Program-made: the position numbers and the translations under genes
The notes under the pieces: generated by a model
Told to the model about the DNA's origin: nothing
Database searches by the model: none
What the model saw: the letters and a program-made list of their open reading frames with translations, nothing else
Shown: positions 42,330 through 57,311 of the stretch, piece after piece
Position numbering within the stretch: position 1 is the stretch's first letter
How the letters are laid out: every line of letters starts with the position of its first letter
Source: the human T2T-CHM13v2.0 reference genome, Homo sapiens
Reading direction: 5' to 3' (one strand)
Length of the DNA: 64,000 bases
Assembly (NCBI RefSeq): GCF_009914755.1
Contig: NC_060930.1

Positions 42330-45075
42330 TTTGATTAATAAAAATGGAGAAATCTATAGATATTAAAAGTAGCAAAATAATACTATGAAAAACTTGATGC
42401 CTACAATTTGACAACTTATCGGAAATGGGAAAATACATTGAAAGACATAATTTGTCAAAGTTTACTCATAAAAAATTATCTATTTTAAAAAATTCAAATT
42501 CTAGTTAAAAATAATCCAAGATGGAAAACTTCAGGCCCAAGTAGCTTTACTGGCAAATTCTACCAACCATTTAAGGAAAATACAATACCAATTTTATATC
42601 AATCCTTCCAGAAAATAGAAGAGGGAGGAATGCTTCTAACACTTGTTATGAAGCCAGTATTACCCTGATAACAAAACCAGACGCAAACATCACAAGAAAA
42701 CTACAGGCCAATATTTCTCATGAACACAGGTACAAAAATATTTAACAAAATGCAACAAATCAAATCCATCAATATATAAAAAGATAATACACCATGGCTA
42801 GGTAGTATTTTTTACCCCACGAATGCCAGACTGGTTGAACATTCAATAATCACTCCTTGTAATTCTCTATTTAGTCTATCAACAGACTAGAGAAAAGAAA
42901 CCACATGAGACATGAGAGAAGCATCTGAGAAAATTTAGTAAAATAAAATAAAAACACTCAGAAAACTAGAAAAACCTACTTCATCTCATCTATCAGGAGA
43001 ACCATAGCTACTGTAGTGAGTGGTAAAAGACTGAATGTTTTCTCCCTAATATTGGGAACAGGACAAGGATGTTCTTTTCTCCATTCCTATTCCACATTAT
43101 ACTGGAGGTTCTAGCTTGTGCAATAAGATAAGAAAAAAAAAGCTGAATAAAAAGAGACTAAAATAATCTCTGTTCATGGATGACACAATTGTTTATTTAG
43201 AAAATTCCAAATAATCAGAAAAGAGAGCTACTAGAACTAGTAAGTGAAACCAGCAAGGTTGCAGGACACAAGTTCAATATAATTAAAGTCAGTCCTCATT
43301 TCTATATATTAGCAAATGCACTACTGGTAATTGACAAAATGCATAAAATGCCATTTATAATAGTACCCAAACTACATGAAATACTTAGAGATAAATTTAA
43401 ATATGAGCAAGGTTAGTATGCTGAAAATTATAAAACTGATGAAAAATCAAAGATCTAAATAAGTGGAGAGATACAAATGCTCATTGACTAGAAGACTCAA
43501 TATTGTTAAGATGTCAGTTCTTCCCAAACTGCTGTATAAATTCAATACAATCCCAATCCAAATACCAGAAGGACTTTTTCTTAGAAATTGTCAAGCTGAT
43601 TCTAAAACTTATGAAGAAACGTAAAAGAGCCGGAATAGTCAAAACAATTTAGAAAAAGAACACTGTTCAAGGATGCACACTACCTGATTTCAAGGCTTAT
43701 AATAATAATCAAGATAGTGTGATGTTGGCAAAAATATAGATACATAGATTTATGAAACAGAATACAAAGTCAAGAAATAGATCCCCACAAAGATAGTCAA
43801 TAGATTTTTTTGTCATAAAAGTGTCAAGGACATTCAATAAAGAAAAGTTTTTTTTTAACAAATGATGTAGGAATCATTTGTTTGAATGGTTTGGATATCC
43901 ACATAAGCAAAAATGACCCTTAATTTATATCTTACATCAAATATAAAAATTAACACAAGATGGATCACCGACTTGAAAATAAAACACAAAACTTTGAAAA
44001 TTCTAGAAAAAAAAAGGAGAAATTATTTGTGGCTTTGAATTAGGCAAAGATGTCTTAGATATGGTACCAAAGCCATGATTTAGCATTAAAAAAATGAGAA
44101 TTAAGAACTTCCATTCAGAAGACACTATTAAGGAAATGAAAATACAAGATACAAACCTGGAGAAAATCTTTGCAAAACATCTGATGACAGACTTGCATCC
44201 AGAATATATTTTTTAAAAGCTCAAAACTCAATAATAATCAAACAATCCAATTTATAAAATGGGCAAAAGATTTAAACAGATAATCCACCAAGGAAAATAC
44301 ACAGATGGTAAATAAGCACATGAAAAGATGGTTGTCCTCATTAGCCATAAGGGTAATGAAAATTAAAATCACAATGAGATACACGCCTATTAGAATGGAA
44401 TAAGAGAAAAAAAAAGCTGACAATGCCAAGTGCTGGGAATGCAGAGCAATGGGATCTCACATACTTTGCTAGCAAAAATGAACAATGGTACAGCCACTTT
44501 GGAAAACAGCTTGGGAGTTTTAAAATAAAGTTAAATATACACTTACCATGTGACCAAACAATCTCATTTTTAGGTAGGTACTCAAGTGAAAGAAAAACTT
44601 ACGTAAAACCTGCCTATGAATGTGTATAGAAGCTTTAGTCATAATTGCCAAAAACTAGGAACAATCCAAATATTCCTCAACTAGTGAATGAGTAAACACA
44701 CTTGGTCCCCCAATACAATGAAATATTACTTAGTAATGAAGAGAAATGAACTACTAATACACACAATATGTATTAATCTCAAATGCATTATGCTCAATGT
44801 AAGAGGGCCAGATTCAAAATATATGCATATAGTATGAACCATTTGTATAACTTTCTGGAAAATATACAACCAGGACAGAAAACAAATCAGTGGTTTCTAG
44901 GTACTGGGGATAGGATGGAGAGTTTACTCCAAAGGAACACAGGTAATTTTTTTAGGGTGATGTCACTGCTCTCTATCTTGATAATTGTAGTGATTACATG
45001 ACTGGGTTACATGACTGTATGGTACACTAAAAGTATAAGTTTTAGTACATGCAAAGTATACGGTAAACATTTTTT
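42330..45075 (+). mobile_element. Old L1M (L1MC/MD/ME-like): decayed ORF2 plus 3'UTR
   Basis: A-rich strand with L1 motifs (GGCAAATTCTACCAACCATTTAAGGAA; AGACTCAATATTGTTAAGATGTCA), no intact frame. Confidence 0.85.
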
Positions 45076-46043
45076 AATATGGGGGAAAAATTAATGATTA
45101 TTTAATTCATGTAGGAAGACAAAGCCCCTGTCAAAACACCAGGTCCATGAGAGTTGATGATGGAAAAGGGAATGTATTCCATAAATTCTTGGTGAATAAA
45201 TTATTGGAAATATTGGGCTAGTTCAGTGGATTCCCTATTGGCTTTGTATCAGAATAACCTCTGGAGTTTATAAAAAATACAAATTTATGGATTTCTCCTC
45301 AGAGATTCTAATTCAATAAGTCAGGTCCCAGGAATTTCTATTTTTTCAATATTCACTAAATTAATGTGATGTCCATCCAGGGTTAGAATCCTTGAGCTGT
45401 ATAATTGTTAAAATCCTTTCTAAACTAATCATTCTTATAACTGCATAGAATTTAGGATGTATGTAAACTTCTTTGGAGGAAAAATATTTACGTTTACTAG
45501 CCCTATGTGACATTTAACATTTCCTTCAACTATGAATGGTGGGTAACAAAACTCATACGTATTATTAGTTCATGTGGCTTCGTTGCACACAGATATCTCA
45601 GATATTTTCATGTTATATTAATATTATATTTCAAATTAAGAAATATTTTGATAATATCTCAGATATCTTAAAATATTTATACTCATTAACTGGAAATTAC
45701 AGTAACTATTAGAATTATCTCTAAATCTAGTTATGTAATATATTAATAATGACATAAATATGCCACAGTTATTTTAATATTTTAATAATTGCATTATGAT
45801 AATATCAGTATTCTTTGTAATCTCTTATATTACATTTTATATAAAAAGGCTTTTCCTAGAAAGGGGTTTATAGACTTTACCAGGCAGCCAAAGTGGCTCA
45901 TGGGACAAAATAATTAAACACTTTCATGGTAAGTTTCCCTGATTTAAAGTGTTAGGGCTCCCGTTGTCATTGCCCATTTTTGTAATGGAAATGTGTTTTC
46001 TTTTTGCCAATCTGTACATTACCTTTGTCCACTAAGAATATTA

Positions 46044-46539
<496 letters not shown>

Positions 46540-46605
46540 TCACCTAAGGCATTTCTGGTTACCAACATCCCTTTACTCAATCAAGCTGGCACGGAAATAT
46601 ATTTA

Positions 46606-46681
46606 GGTCAGGCGCGGTGGCTCACGCCTATAATCCTAGCACTTTGGGAGGCCTGGACAAAAAAAGAGCGAAGCTCAGTCT

Positions 46682-46723
<42 letters not shown>
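46606..46723 (+). mobile_element. Internally deleted Alu with ~41-nt poly(A)
   Basis: TSD ACGGAAAT(A/G)TATTTA at 46591-46605 and 46724-46738. Confidence 0.9.
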
Positions 46724-46725
<2 letters not shown>

Positions 46726-49700
46726 GGAAATGTATTTACTTGTGCAAGCCCAGCTGACAGGTTGAGGATGATAAGGCTTGGGTGTTGAAAGACACATTGA
46801 GCAATATGAGCATTCCCATATCACTCAAGTGCCTATACTTACGCTCATTCACGCTGATGGAACTTCCTCTTCTCCCACCATTTCAAAACATGGCACGCAA
46901 AATGAAAGGAAGAAAGACAAAAGAAGCAGCTAAGGTTGACAACGGAGTTGAAAGGCGCTGGTTTGTGAAAGCAAACAGATATGATGGAATACACATAAAT
47001 ACACACATATACACACACACACAAAACCAGATGGTAAAGTCAACCTTTATGGGAGGGGGACCACATAATTTACTCATTCTCTTCTAGGACACTATACATG
47101 AAGTTCTGCTCATAGCAGAGTGAATAAAACCTGAGTCGTTTTTATTTTGTTTCATTTTTCCTCAAAGATTTTAATGTTCTAGGGAAAAAAAAACCCCTCA
47201 GTGGAAGTAAAAGATGACTGACTAACGAAGGCATAATGCCTATGTTTTTGAAAAGTGCTGTGTCAGAGGGCAACAGAACATGGGGGTAAGAGCAGGGGCT
47301 TTTGCCTGAGACAGGTAGGTTCCAGCACTTCCCAGCTCAGTGGCCTTGAGAAAGTTGCTGACCTTTGTAAGCCTCAGTTTCTTCCTCTATAAGGCCCATT
47401 CATGCTGGCTTCATTGATACTTGTGAAGATTAAGCAATATGTGGCCAGAGAGAAAGAATTGAGAAAGCTTAATGAGAGACACCTTTCTTAGAACTCATCA
47501 AGACTAAAGGTTCCTCGAAACATAAGATTGACGGAGGGATAGTGAGATGGCAGGTGACTAGTTATGTGTGAAAGCAAGCAGTAAGAGCTAGTAGAAGGTA
47601 GGTATTAGGATGGTACTATAAAATTTTTAAAAATTTTTTCTGTGTATTTGAAAGTTTTCTAAATGTAATGATAGGGGGAAAATCTAGAGGCTTTTCTGTA
47701 GTAGCCAGTGGCCTTTGGAAATGTCTGTGGTGCCCACAAGCCCAAGAAATTAGAAACAATTCCCTCACATTCTGCTGTGTAGTCAGAGTTCAGGATCTAT
47801 TTTAGGGTAGTCAGTTCAAGCAATTCTTTCTAAGCAGTTTGAACTTGAGGAGTTTGGTTAGTCTGCCATATCTTCAGTTTCCTCATTTGTAATTGGTGAT
47901 AGGCATGCCTGCCTCTTAGGATTACACATGATGTACCTGGCACTCATGATTATAGTTATGACTCTTATTATCGGAGTCAAGAGGACCTTAAAGTTCATCT
48001 AACCAAAAACCCTTATTTTACAGATGGGCAATCAGATGCTCAGAGAAGAAAAGTGATTTCCCCAAGCTCACATAGCGGATTTGTTGTAGAATTAGTATTT
48101 GAATTTGGGTTTTCTGTGTTCTAGTCCAGTCATCTGTCCACCGTCCCACACTCCCTCCAGAGGATTGTTCCCCCCATCTTATAAAATCACATGTAACAAC
48201 TATAGGGCAATCAGGCATCACCAATAATTCCTATGCAAAAGAGCAAATTTCACTAAGAGACAGCTCAGGAATTCTCTCCCCTGCTGGCTTTGTCACTCTG
48301 TTCTCAACATTTGGGTAGTCCTAGATTCCATCAGACCAAAGGACTTTGGGGCAGAAGCCGTGAGCTCTCCAGGAATCTTGGACTTGAGGGGTACTAGAAT
48401 TTTTCTCTTTGGGCACTCTGGCATGGCTTGTGGGAACATTATAAGTACAGCAGCAGTCTCTTAGCAAACCATTTCTTGTCACATGTCATTTGACAAAACC
48501 AAGGCAAAGAAGAAGCTCCCTTCCAGGATATAACTGGAGTCCCAAGGCCAGCCTGTGGCCACACATGTTCCTCTTATTGGGCCGGGGAACTCTAAATTCT
48601 TGCCACATTTGCAGAAGAGAAATCAGAGACCTTCCACCCACTAGGAACCATGTGACTGTTTAGCAACTTTGCAGCAGGGGTTCAGAAATTAGAGAGAACA
48701 GCTTCTGCTCTCTAAGTTGGCTTCCTATTTCTCGCCTGGTCACACTCAAGACACTTCTCTGGCCTTATCTAACACCCATGCACATTGTGCTAGTCTCCAA
48801 GTAAATTTAGCTACAAAGATTTTTTTTTTAATGTTCAGTACTGGAATTCCCTCAGCCATGTGACTCTGAGCCTCCTTATCAGGTTCCATGAAACTTGATG
48901 ACTGCAGATCCTGAAGAATCTAAGGTAGCAAAATACTTTCCACTGAGAAGTCAAGGTTGTGTGTGAAACAGTGAAACATGAGGTCTGGCCCCTATTGCTA
49001 TTATAAAAATGTTAAGCTATGTAAGCTTTTGGGATGGCTTTTCTGCCATCAGAGCAATCTGTGGAACTGGTTGCCAAGGAGCCAGCAAAGGCTAGATGAG
49101 TTCCTTTACAAAACAGTTCTATTGAAGAATAATTTACATGCCATCAAATGCTCTCATTTTAAGTGTATAACTCAATGATGTTTAGTAGACATATGGTTGT
49201 GCAACCACCACCACAAACCAATTTTAGAAGATTTTCAACACCCTAAAGAGATCTCTCCTGCCCATTAGCAATCACTCCCAGCTGCCACTCACATGCTCTG
49301 GCAGTCACTAATCGTTTTGTCTCTATAGATTTGCCTTTTCTGGACATTTCATGCAAATGAACAGATGAGTTCTTAAGAGTAGGTGTCTCAATGACTCATC
49401 TATTCAGTCATATAACAAATATACATTAGGCACACTTAATGTGCCAAGCACTGTTGTAGGTGCCAGGTGCTCACCCTAAAGTGGACAGATAGGCTAGATC
49501 CCATGCAGCTGAGAAGGCAATAAGTTAACTCACAAAAACAGTAAAGGGGGATGGAATGTGAAGGGGAGGCCCAAAGATCTCAGGAGCCCTTACCTGGAGC
49601 TCATAATGTAGTCTGAAGAATTCAGACCAGAAGAATTCAGGTCTCTTGGAGGAGGTGGTGGTATCTGAACAGAAAACTAAAAGGGAGGCTGGGTTAAGCA

Positions 49701-50070
49701 GAAGAAGAGGAGGAGAGAGCACACACTAGGCCAAGGAGCTGCTTTAGGAAGGCCCAGACCGAAGAGAATTTATGCCAAGTTTGAGAGACCAAAGCAAGTT
49801 TGGCAAGGCTGGAGTATGGTGTATGTGAGGGATCTGGGACAGGGAGGGGGAAGCGATGGCCCTAGTGACCCTAGAAAGCAGATGAAGCCCGGTCACAGAT
49901 GCCCAGGGCATATCAGTTTGATGGTACCTTGAGGGCAATGAGAAGCCTCTGGAAGGCCTTAAGTAAAGTTGGTTGTGACATAGTGGTATTGCAAACATAT
50001 TGGAACAGGGCAAAAATGCAGGCAGGGAGACCAAGTAGGAGACTTCTGGAGCAACCTAGGTAAGAGATGC

Positions 50071-51616
50071 TGAGAGGTGACAGCGTGCTGGCAGTCCTCA
50101 CAGCCCTCGCTCACTCTCGGCGCCTCCTCTGCCTGGGCTCCCACTTTGGCGGCACTTGAGGAGCCCTTCAGCCCACCGCTGCACTGTGGGAGCCCCTTTC
50201 TGGCTGCCCAAGGCTGGAGCCCACTCCCTCAGCTTGCAGGGAGGTGTGGAGGGAGAGGCGCGAGCGGGAACCGGGGCTGCGTGCGGCGCTTGCGGGCCAG
50301 CTGGAGTTCTGGGTGGGCGTGGGCTTGGCGGGCCCCGCACTCGGAGCAGCCGGCCGGCCCTGCCGGCCCCGGGCAATGAGGGACTTAGCACCCGGGCCAG
50401 CGGCTGCGGAGGGTGTACTGGGTCCCCCAGCAGTGCCAGCCCACCGGCGCCGTGCTCGATTTCTCACCGGGCCTTGGCTGCCTTCCCGAGGGGCAGGGCT
50501 CGGGACTGCAGCCTGCCATGCCTGAGTCTTCCCCCGCCTCCGTGGGTTCCTGTGCAGCCCTGGCCTCCCCGACAAGCCCCGCCCCCTGCTCCACGGCGCC
50601 CAGTCCCATAGACCACCCAAGGGCTGAGGAGTGCGAGGGCATGGCGCGGGACCCGCAGGCAGCTCAACCTGCAGCCCCGTGCGGGATCCACTGCGTGAAG
50701 CCAGCTGGGCTCCTGAGTCTGGTGGGGACGTGGAGAATCTTTATGTCTAGCTCAGGGATTGTAAATACACCAATTGGCACTCTCTATCTAGCTCAAGGTT
50801 TATAAACACACCAATCAGCACCCTGTGTCTAGCTCAGGGTTTGTGAGTGCACCAATCTACACTCTGTATCTAGCTGCTCTGGTGGGGCCTTGGAGAACCT
50901 TTATGTCTAGCTCAAGGTTTGTAAACACACCAATCAGCACCCTGTGTCTAGCTCAGGGTTTGTGAGTGCACCAATGGACACTCTGTATCTAGCTGCTCTG
51001 GTGGGGCCTTGGAGAACCTTTGTGTCCATACTCTGTATCTAACTAATCTGATGGGGAGGTGGAGAACCTTTGTATCTAGCTCAGGGATTGTAAACGCACC
51101 AATCAGCACCCTGTCAAAACAGATCACTCGTCTCTACTAATCAGCAGGATGTGGGTGGGGCCAGATAAGAGAATAAAAGCAGGCTGCCGGAGCCAGCAGT
51201 GGCAACCCGCTCGGGTCCCCTTCCACGTTGTGGAAGTTTTGTTCTTTTGCTCTTTGCAATAAATCTTGTTACTGCTCACTCTTTGGGTCCACACTGCTTT
51301 TATGAGCTGTAACACTCACCGAAAAGGTCTGCAGCTTCACTCCTGAAGCCAGGGAGACCACGAGCCCACCGGGAGGAACGAACAAGTCCAGACGCGTTGC
51401 CTTAAGAGCTGTAACACTCACCGCGAAGGTCTGCAGCTTCATTCCTGAGCCAGCGAGACCACGAACCCACCAGAAGGGAGAAACTCCGAACACATCTGAA
51501 CATCAGAAGGAACAGAGACTCCGGACACGCCGCCTTGAACTGTAACACTCACCACGAGGGGCCGTGGCTTCATTCTTGAAGTCAGTGAGACCAAGAACCC
51601 ACAAATTCCAGACACA
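50071..51616 (+). mobile_element. Solo LTR12C (ERV9 LTR)
   Basis: Starts TGAGAGGTGACAGCGTGCTGGCAG, ends GACACA; TSD ATGC at 50067-50070 and 51617-51620; CpG-rich U3 with tandem CCAAT repeats. Confidence 0.95.
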
Positions 51617-52385
51617 ATGCCACAGGGAGGCAGCACAGTAGGTAAAGGCTTGGATTCCCAAGTCAGCCTGATCAAAGAGTTGTTGAACCTTGGTTACACT
51701 GCGTAACTTCTCTAAACTTCTCATCTGTGATTGCGGAGTATAATAATCCCTCCTCACAGGATTGTCAATGTGAGAATGAAGTGACAAGGCTTCCACAGCA
51801 TTTTACACAGTGCCTGGCATCAGGTGCTCAGCAATGTGAGGTTCTGGGTGGCAGGGACCCACCACGGCCTCTCCATCTCACGCTCTGCTCAAGAAAGACT
51901 CACTGCACAGCAGCAATGTGTTAAGCACTGTGAGTGAAGATGAAGATATACTTCCTGCCATATTCATTGAGCAAGGTAAATTCTTAGGGTTTGTGTACTA
52001 TGGACTCCTTTGGCTGCCTGCTGAATCTTGCAGACCACTTATCAGAATCATGTATTAAAAGCATAAAGTAAAATGCATAAAAGCTTCTTATTGATTCTCA
52101 AGTGTAACCAAAGTAGAAAACCCCTACTCCAGGTGTCTAGCGTTGTAAGAGAAAGCCTTTTAAGTATTCTTAAGTGGCATTTCAAGTGGGGTAAGCTTTT
52201 CAAGTAGAATTCATTCAACATTTCCCAAGCAGCTACCACGTGCTAGGTGCTTACCTAGAGCAGAAAATAAGACAAAGTTCCTGCCTTCATGAACTTACAT
52301 GAGGGGTCAGGCAATAAACAAATAAATGAGAAAATATATTGTGTGCCAGATGAGGGTAAGCACTGTGGGAAAAATAAAGCATGTT

Positions 52386-52801
52386 GTATTAGGGTTCTCT
52401 AGAGAAACAGAATCAATAGGATCTATTTATTCATTAAGGGGCTTTGTCTCATATGATTATGGAGGGGGAGCAAGTCCAAGGCCCGCAAAGCTGATGTCCC
52501 AGTTTGAGCCTGTAGGCTGGCAGACTGCTGCAAAATCAGGAAGGGCCAATGTTCCAGTTGGAAGGCCATTAGGCAGAAGAAGACTCTCTTATTCTGGGGA
52601 GGGTCAGCCTTTTGTTCTATTCAGACCTTCAGCTGATTGTCCACCCATGTTAGGGAGGACAGTCTGCTTTACTCAGTCTACATATTTAAATGTTCATCTC
52701 ATCCCAAAACACCTGCACAGAAACACCCAGAATAATGTTTGACTAAATATCTGGGCACATCTATGGCTCAGTCAAGTTGACACATAAAATTAACAATCAT
52801 A
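52386..52801 (-). mobile_element. ERVL LTR (MLT2B-like)
   Basis: TGTATTAGGGTTCTCTAGAGAAACAGAA...AGTCAAGTTGACACATAAAATTAAC. Confidence 0.82.
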
Positions 52802-54999
52802 TGGGTTAATGGGAAAGGTGGTAACTGGGGGTGCTATTTTAAAAGGGTTTTCAGAGGAGGCATCTTTAGGGAGAGGCCATAAGAACAGTAATCTAAACGA
52901 AGTAAAAGCCAGAAGCTGTGAAAGAGGATCTTTCCCGGGGAAGGGCATAGCAGGTATGAAACCCTATATCTGACACGAGTTTAGGATATCCAAACTACTG
53001 TAAGAAACTGCTAAGGGTGGATCACAAAGGGCTGGAGAGTGCCTCAGGGAATGAGATAAAGTTGGAGAGATGGACTGCAGCAGCAGGTTTATGCAGACCT
53101 TGTAGGCCAAGGCAATAAATAATTAGGCATTTTGTATTAAGGGTCATGGAAAACTACTGGAGAGTCTTAACCAGCTCTCTCTGGCTACTGTGCTGAGAGT
53201 AGGCTATGCTGAAAATAGGCCAGGGTGGAAGCAGGGAGACCGAAAACCGAAGCTATTGCCATTATCAGGCTAGAGGGGATGGTGGCTTGAGCTGCAACGA
53301 AGTTGGTGAGAAGTGCCCAGATTATGAACATACTGTGAAGGCCTGGTAGATGACTCAATTACGGGGTGAGTAGGATATGCAGTAAATGTGCAGAATGTGC
53401 CCCCATCAACCCGTTTCACAGACACTGATCATGCTTGATGACAATTCAACATCCGCACAGGGAAAATTTGCTGGGGGCGGCCCCTGACAACTGACTACTT
53501 TTCTCATGAGCTATGGATTCAGCAACTTCTGGAAATCTGCTCTTACTTTATTCATCACTGTAGGTTTCTGTCTTTTTGCCACGGAAGCTATCTCTGTAGG
53601 TGTTGCCTTTCACTGTATCTTGGTAGATCAGTTTCACTTTGTGAGCTCTTTTTGACTACTTAAATCTCACAGACTTGTTGATTTTCTCTTACATTTCCAA
53701 AGAACTGACATATTATCGGGATATGACTGGCATATGTCAAATGCACAGAGCATAAGTGAACTGTTTAACGTGTACACTCATAAAATCCACACCCTACACA
53801 GGATGAGAACATTCTACATTCCACAATACCCCTGTCTAGTCAATCCTTACCAGTCCTATCCCACTCCCTCCTCTGCTCCCTCTTCCTCTGGCCGGAACTT
53901 CTGTTCTGATTTCCGTCAACATAGATTAGTTTAGTGTATTCTTCAATTTTGTATAAAGAAATCATTAGTATGCATTACCTGTGTCTTGCTTCTTTCACTC
54001 AACATAATGTTTTTGAGATTTGTGTGTTATTGATTGTGTCAATAGCTTATTCTCTGGATGAATATACCATAATTTGTTTATTAATTCACCACTTGATGGA
54101 CATTTGGGTTGCTTCCAGTTTGAGGTAGTTACAATTAAAACTACAATGAACTTTCAGTGTATCTTTTTATTTACAAATACTTTCATTTATCTCTGGTAAC
54201 ACCTAGGAATGGAATTGCTTGGTTGTCAGGTAGACATATGTTAAACTTTGTAAGTTTTTTTTTATTTAATTGCCATGTATGGAAAGCCACAGAAGCATTT
54301 TAGCCAGGTACATTCACTGAAGGACTTACCACATCATCAAGTCTTAAACAGAAATAATGTGTGACAACACAGATAAAAATAATGATGTTGAGGAGGAGAG
54401 GAGGATAATGATGATGGTGATGGTAGAGGTACTGTTTTTGTGTAATAGTATTTACCATGTACAGCTTTGTGTTCCATTTTATTAAATCATTGTAACACTG
54501 AGAGGTGAGTATTATTATCCTCATTCTAAAGCTGAAGAGCTGCTCAAATAAATCAGCAAGAAAAAAGCAAATAATCCCATTAAAAAGTGGGCTAAGGACA
54601 TGAATAGACAATTCTCAAAAGAAGATATACAAATGGCCAACAGACTTGAAAGAATGCTCAACACGCTAATTATCAGGGTAATGCAAATCAAAACCACAGT
54701 GTGATACCACCTTACTTCTGAAAGTATGACCATACTTAAAAAATGAAAAAAATAATAGATGTTGACATGGATGTGGTGAAAAGGGAACTCTTCTCCACTA
54801 CTGGTGGGAATGTAAACTAGTACAACCACTACGTAAAACGGTGTGGAGATTCCTTAAAGAACTAAAGGTAGATCTACCATTGACACTGCTGCATATCTAC
54901 CCAGAGGAAAAGTCATTATAAGAAAAAGACACTTGCACACACATGTTTATAGCAGCACAATTCACAATTACTAAAATATGGAACAAGTATATATAACAA

Positions 55000-55355
55000 G
55001 TGTGTGTATATGTATATATGTATATATGTGTATATATATGTATATATGTATATATGTATATATGTGTATATGTGTATATATGTATATATGTGTATATATG
55101 TGTATATATGTATATATGTATATATGTATATATGTGTATATATGTATATATGTATATATGTATATATGTGTATATATGTATATATGTATATATGTATATA
55201 TGTGTATATGTGTATATATGTATATATGCGTATATATATGTATATATGTATATATGCGTATATATATGTATATATGCGTATATATGTATATATGTATATA
55301 TATGTATGTGTATATATGTATATATGTGTGTATATATATGTATATATGTATATAT
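55000..55355. repeat. (TATATG/TATATGTG)n simple repeat, ~350 bp
   Basis: Seen directly. Confidence 0.96.
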
Positions 55356-55538
55356 CCCATGGAATACTACTCAGCCATAAAAAGGAACAAAGTAATGGCA
55401 CTCACATCAACTTGGATGGAATTGGAGACCATTATTCTAAGTGTAATAACTCAGGAATGGAAAACCAAACATCAAATGTTCTCAGTAATAAGTGGGAGCT
55501 AAGTTATGAGGACACAAAGGCATACGAATGATATAATG

Positions 55539-55847
<309 letters not shown>

Positions 55848-57297
55848 CTAGGAGGAAGGATGGGAGGGGGTGAGGGATAAAACACTACACGTTGGGTTCA
55901 GTGTACACTGCTTGCATGATGGGTGCACTGAAATCTCAGAAATCACTGCTAGAGAACTTATCCATATAACAAAATACCACCTGTTCCCCAAAAACTATTG
56001 AAATAATAAAAATAATAATAGTAAATGAAAATAAAATAGATTAGAAAAAAAAGTTGAAGAGATGGAAGCTCAGAAACATTAACTTTCTCAAAGTCACTCA
56101 AACCCATACTGAAAGAGAAACGTATACTCTTCCTACTAACTTTATAACCTCATATATAGATGTCATTTCTCACATCTTTTGATGCCCTGGCTAGCCTCCT
56201 GGGTGGCTGCTTTGCCTTTTATGTGATGTTTTGAGTCCTTCTCAAAGGACTCAAATGCAAGTTTGAGTTTCCAGTGAGGCTGGAAGCTGCTGTCTTGTGT
56301 TTGTTGTCCTGACCTAATGTCTTCCTGCCTGCAGGGTCCCTTTGACTATCAGTTTGTTCCTCCTTCCTCATCCCCTACCAATCTCCCAACTTCATTCATT
56401 TCCCTTCCTTTATTCCCATCAACTTTGCCCCACTCCCTTCACCATCACCATCCTCTCCATCATCAGACTCCATTATAATTTGCCTAAAGTTTATAAATGT
56501 GGACCCTTGAATCAAATTTTCTCAATGGGTAGCAGAATCTTTCCTCGAAACTGCTTATTTGCTCTCCAGAGTGCTTTATTGTTTTTGTGAAGAATTCTAC
56601 CCCAAATTATTTTTTATTGAAAATGTCTGACTCAGTGGCTTTATTTTGATAAAGCCACCATGTAGCATAAAAAGTTTGATGCTGTTGAGTGCAGACATGC
56701 TATTTACATGGTTATCTTTCATCTATTTGATAGGAATTTCAAGTAGAGACATTTCAAGATGAAAAACTGAAACTTTTATAATTTTGTTTTAACTTTTCCC
56801 GCTATAAATATGTAATGATGATTAAGATAATTAAGACAAAACCTGAGTCCTGATTTTTAGCAATAAACTCGTGCCTAAAAACAATAGCCTATATTTAGAT
56901 AATGTTTCAAATCATTTTCATGTACTTTAAATCAACCTCCATAAAACCCTCTGAGGTAGACCATTCAGATGTAATTAGGAAGCATGCCTATTAAGTAGGA
57001 AGTTAAGAAAATGAAGGTTCTCTAGAAAGTCTAATAGAACCCCAAGTATGTCTTCATATAAATTTGACGTCTTTCATCATTTCAATATCATTGAAAAATC
57101 ACCAGTTCACCCCATTTGTAGAGATACTCTTTAAAAACTTAAATAAATTTAACTAACAATTATCTTTTGAAATATTTAAGCAAGTTATATTTACTATTTA
57201 AATAGGTTACAAGTTTAAACTGCTGTTTAAATTGCCCTCGGGGATTTCCCTAAAATTTGAAGCCTATGGATATAATATCCAATTTGCCAGAAAGTGG

Positions 57298-57311
57298 GCG
57301 CCCTCTTGTGG
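57298..57311 (-). promoter_or_regulatory. Candidate CTCF site
   Basis: Reverse complement CCACAAGAGGGCGC is close to the core CCASYAGRKGGCRS. Confidence 0.6.

Noticed and set aside
50100-50700. Second CpG island suggesting a gene promoter
   Set aside because: Lies wholly within the LTR12C
50077-51675. Overlapping ORFs, and a spaced repeat array superficially like CRISPR
   Set aside because: Normal GC-rich U3 and tandem enhancer repeats of LTR12C; no unique spacers, no cas genes, eukaryotic DNA
54916-55531. 126-175 aa Tyr/Ile/Cys/Met-rich ORFs
   Set aside because: Translations of the TATATG repeat
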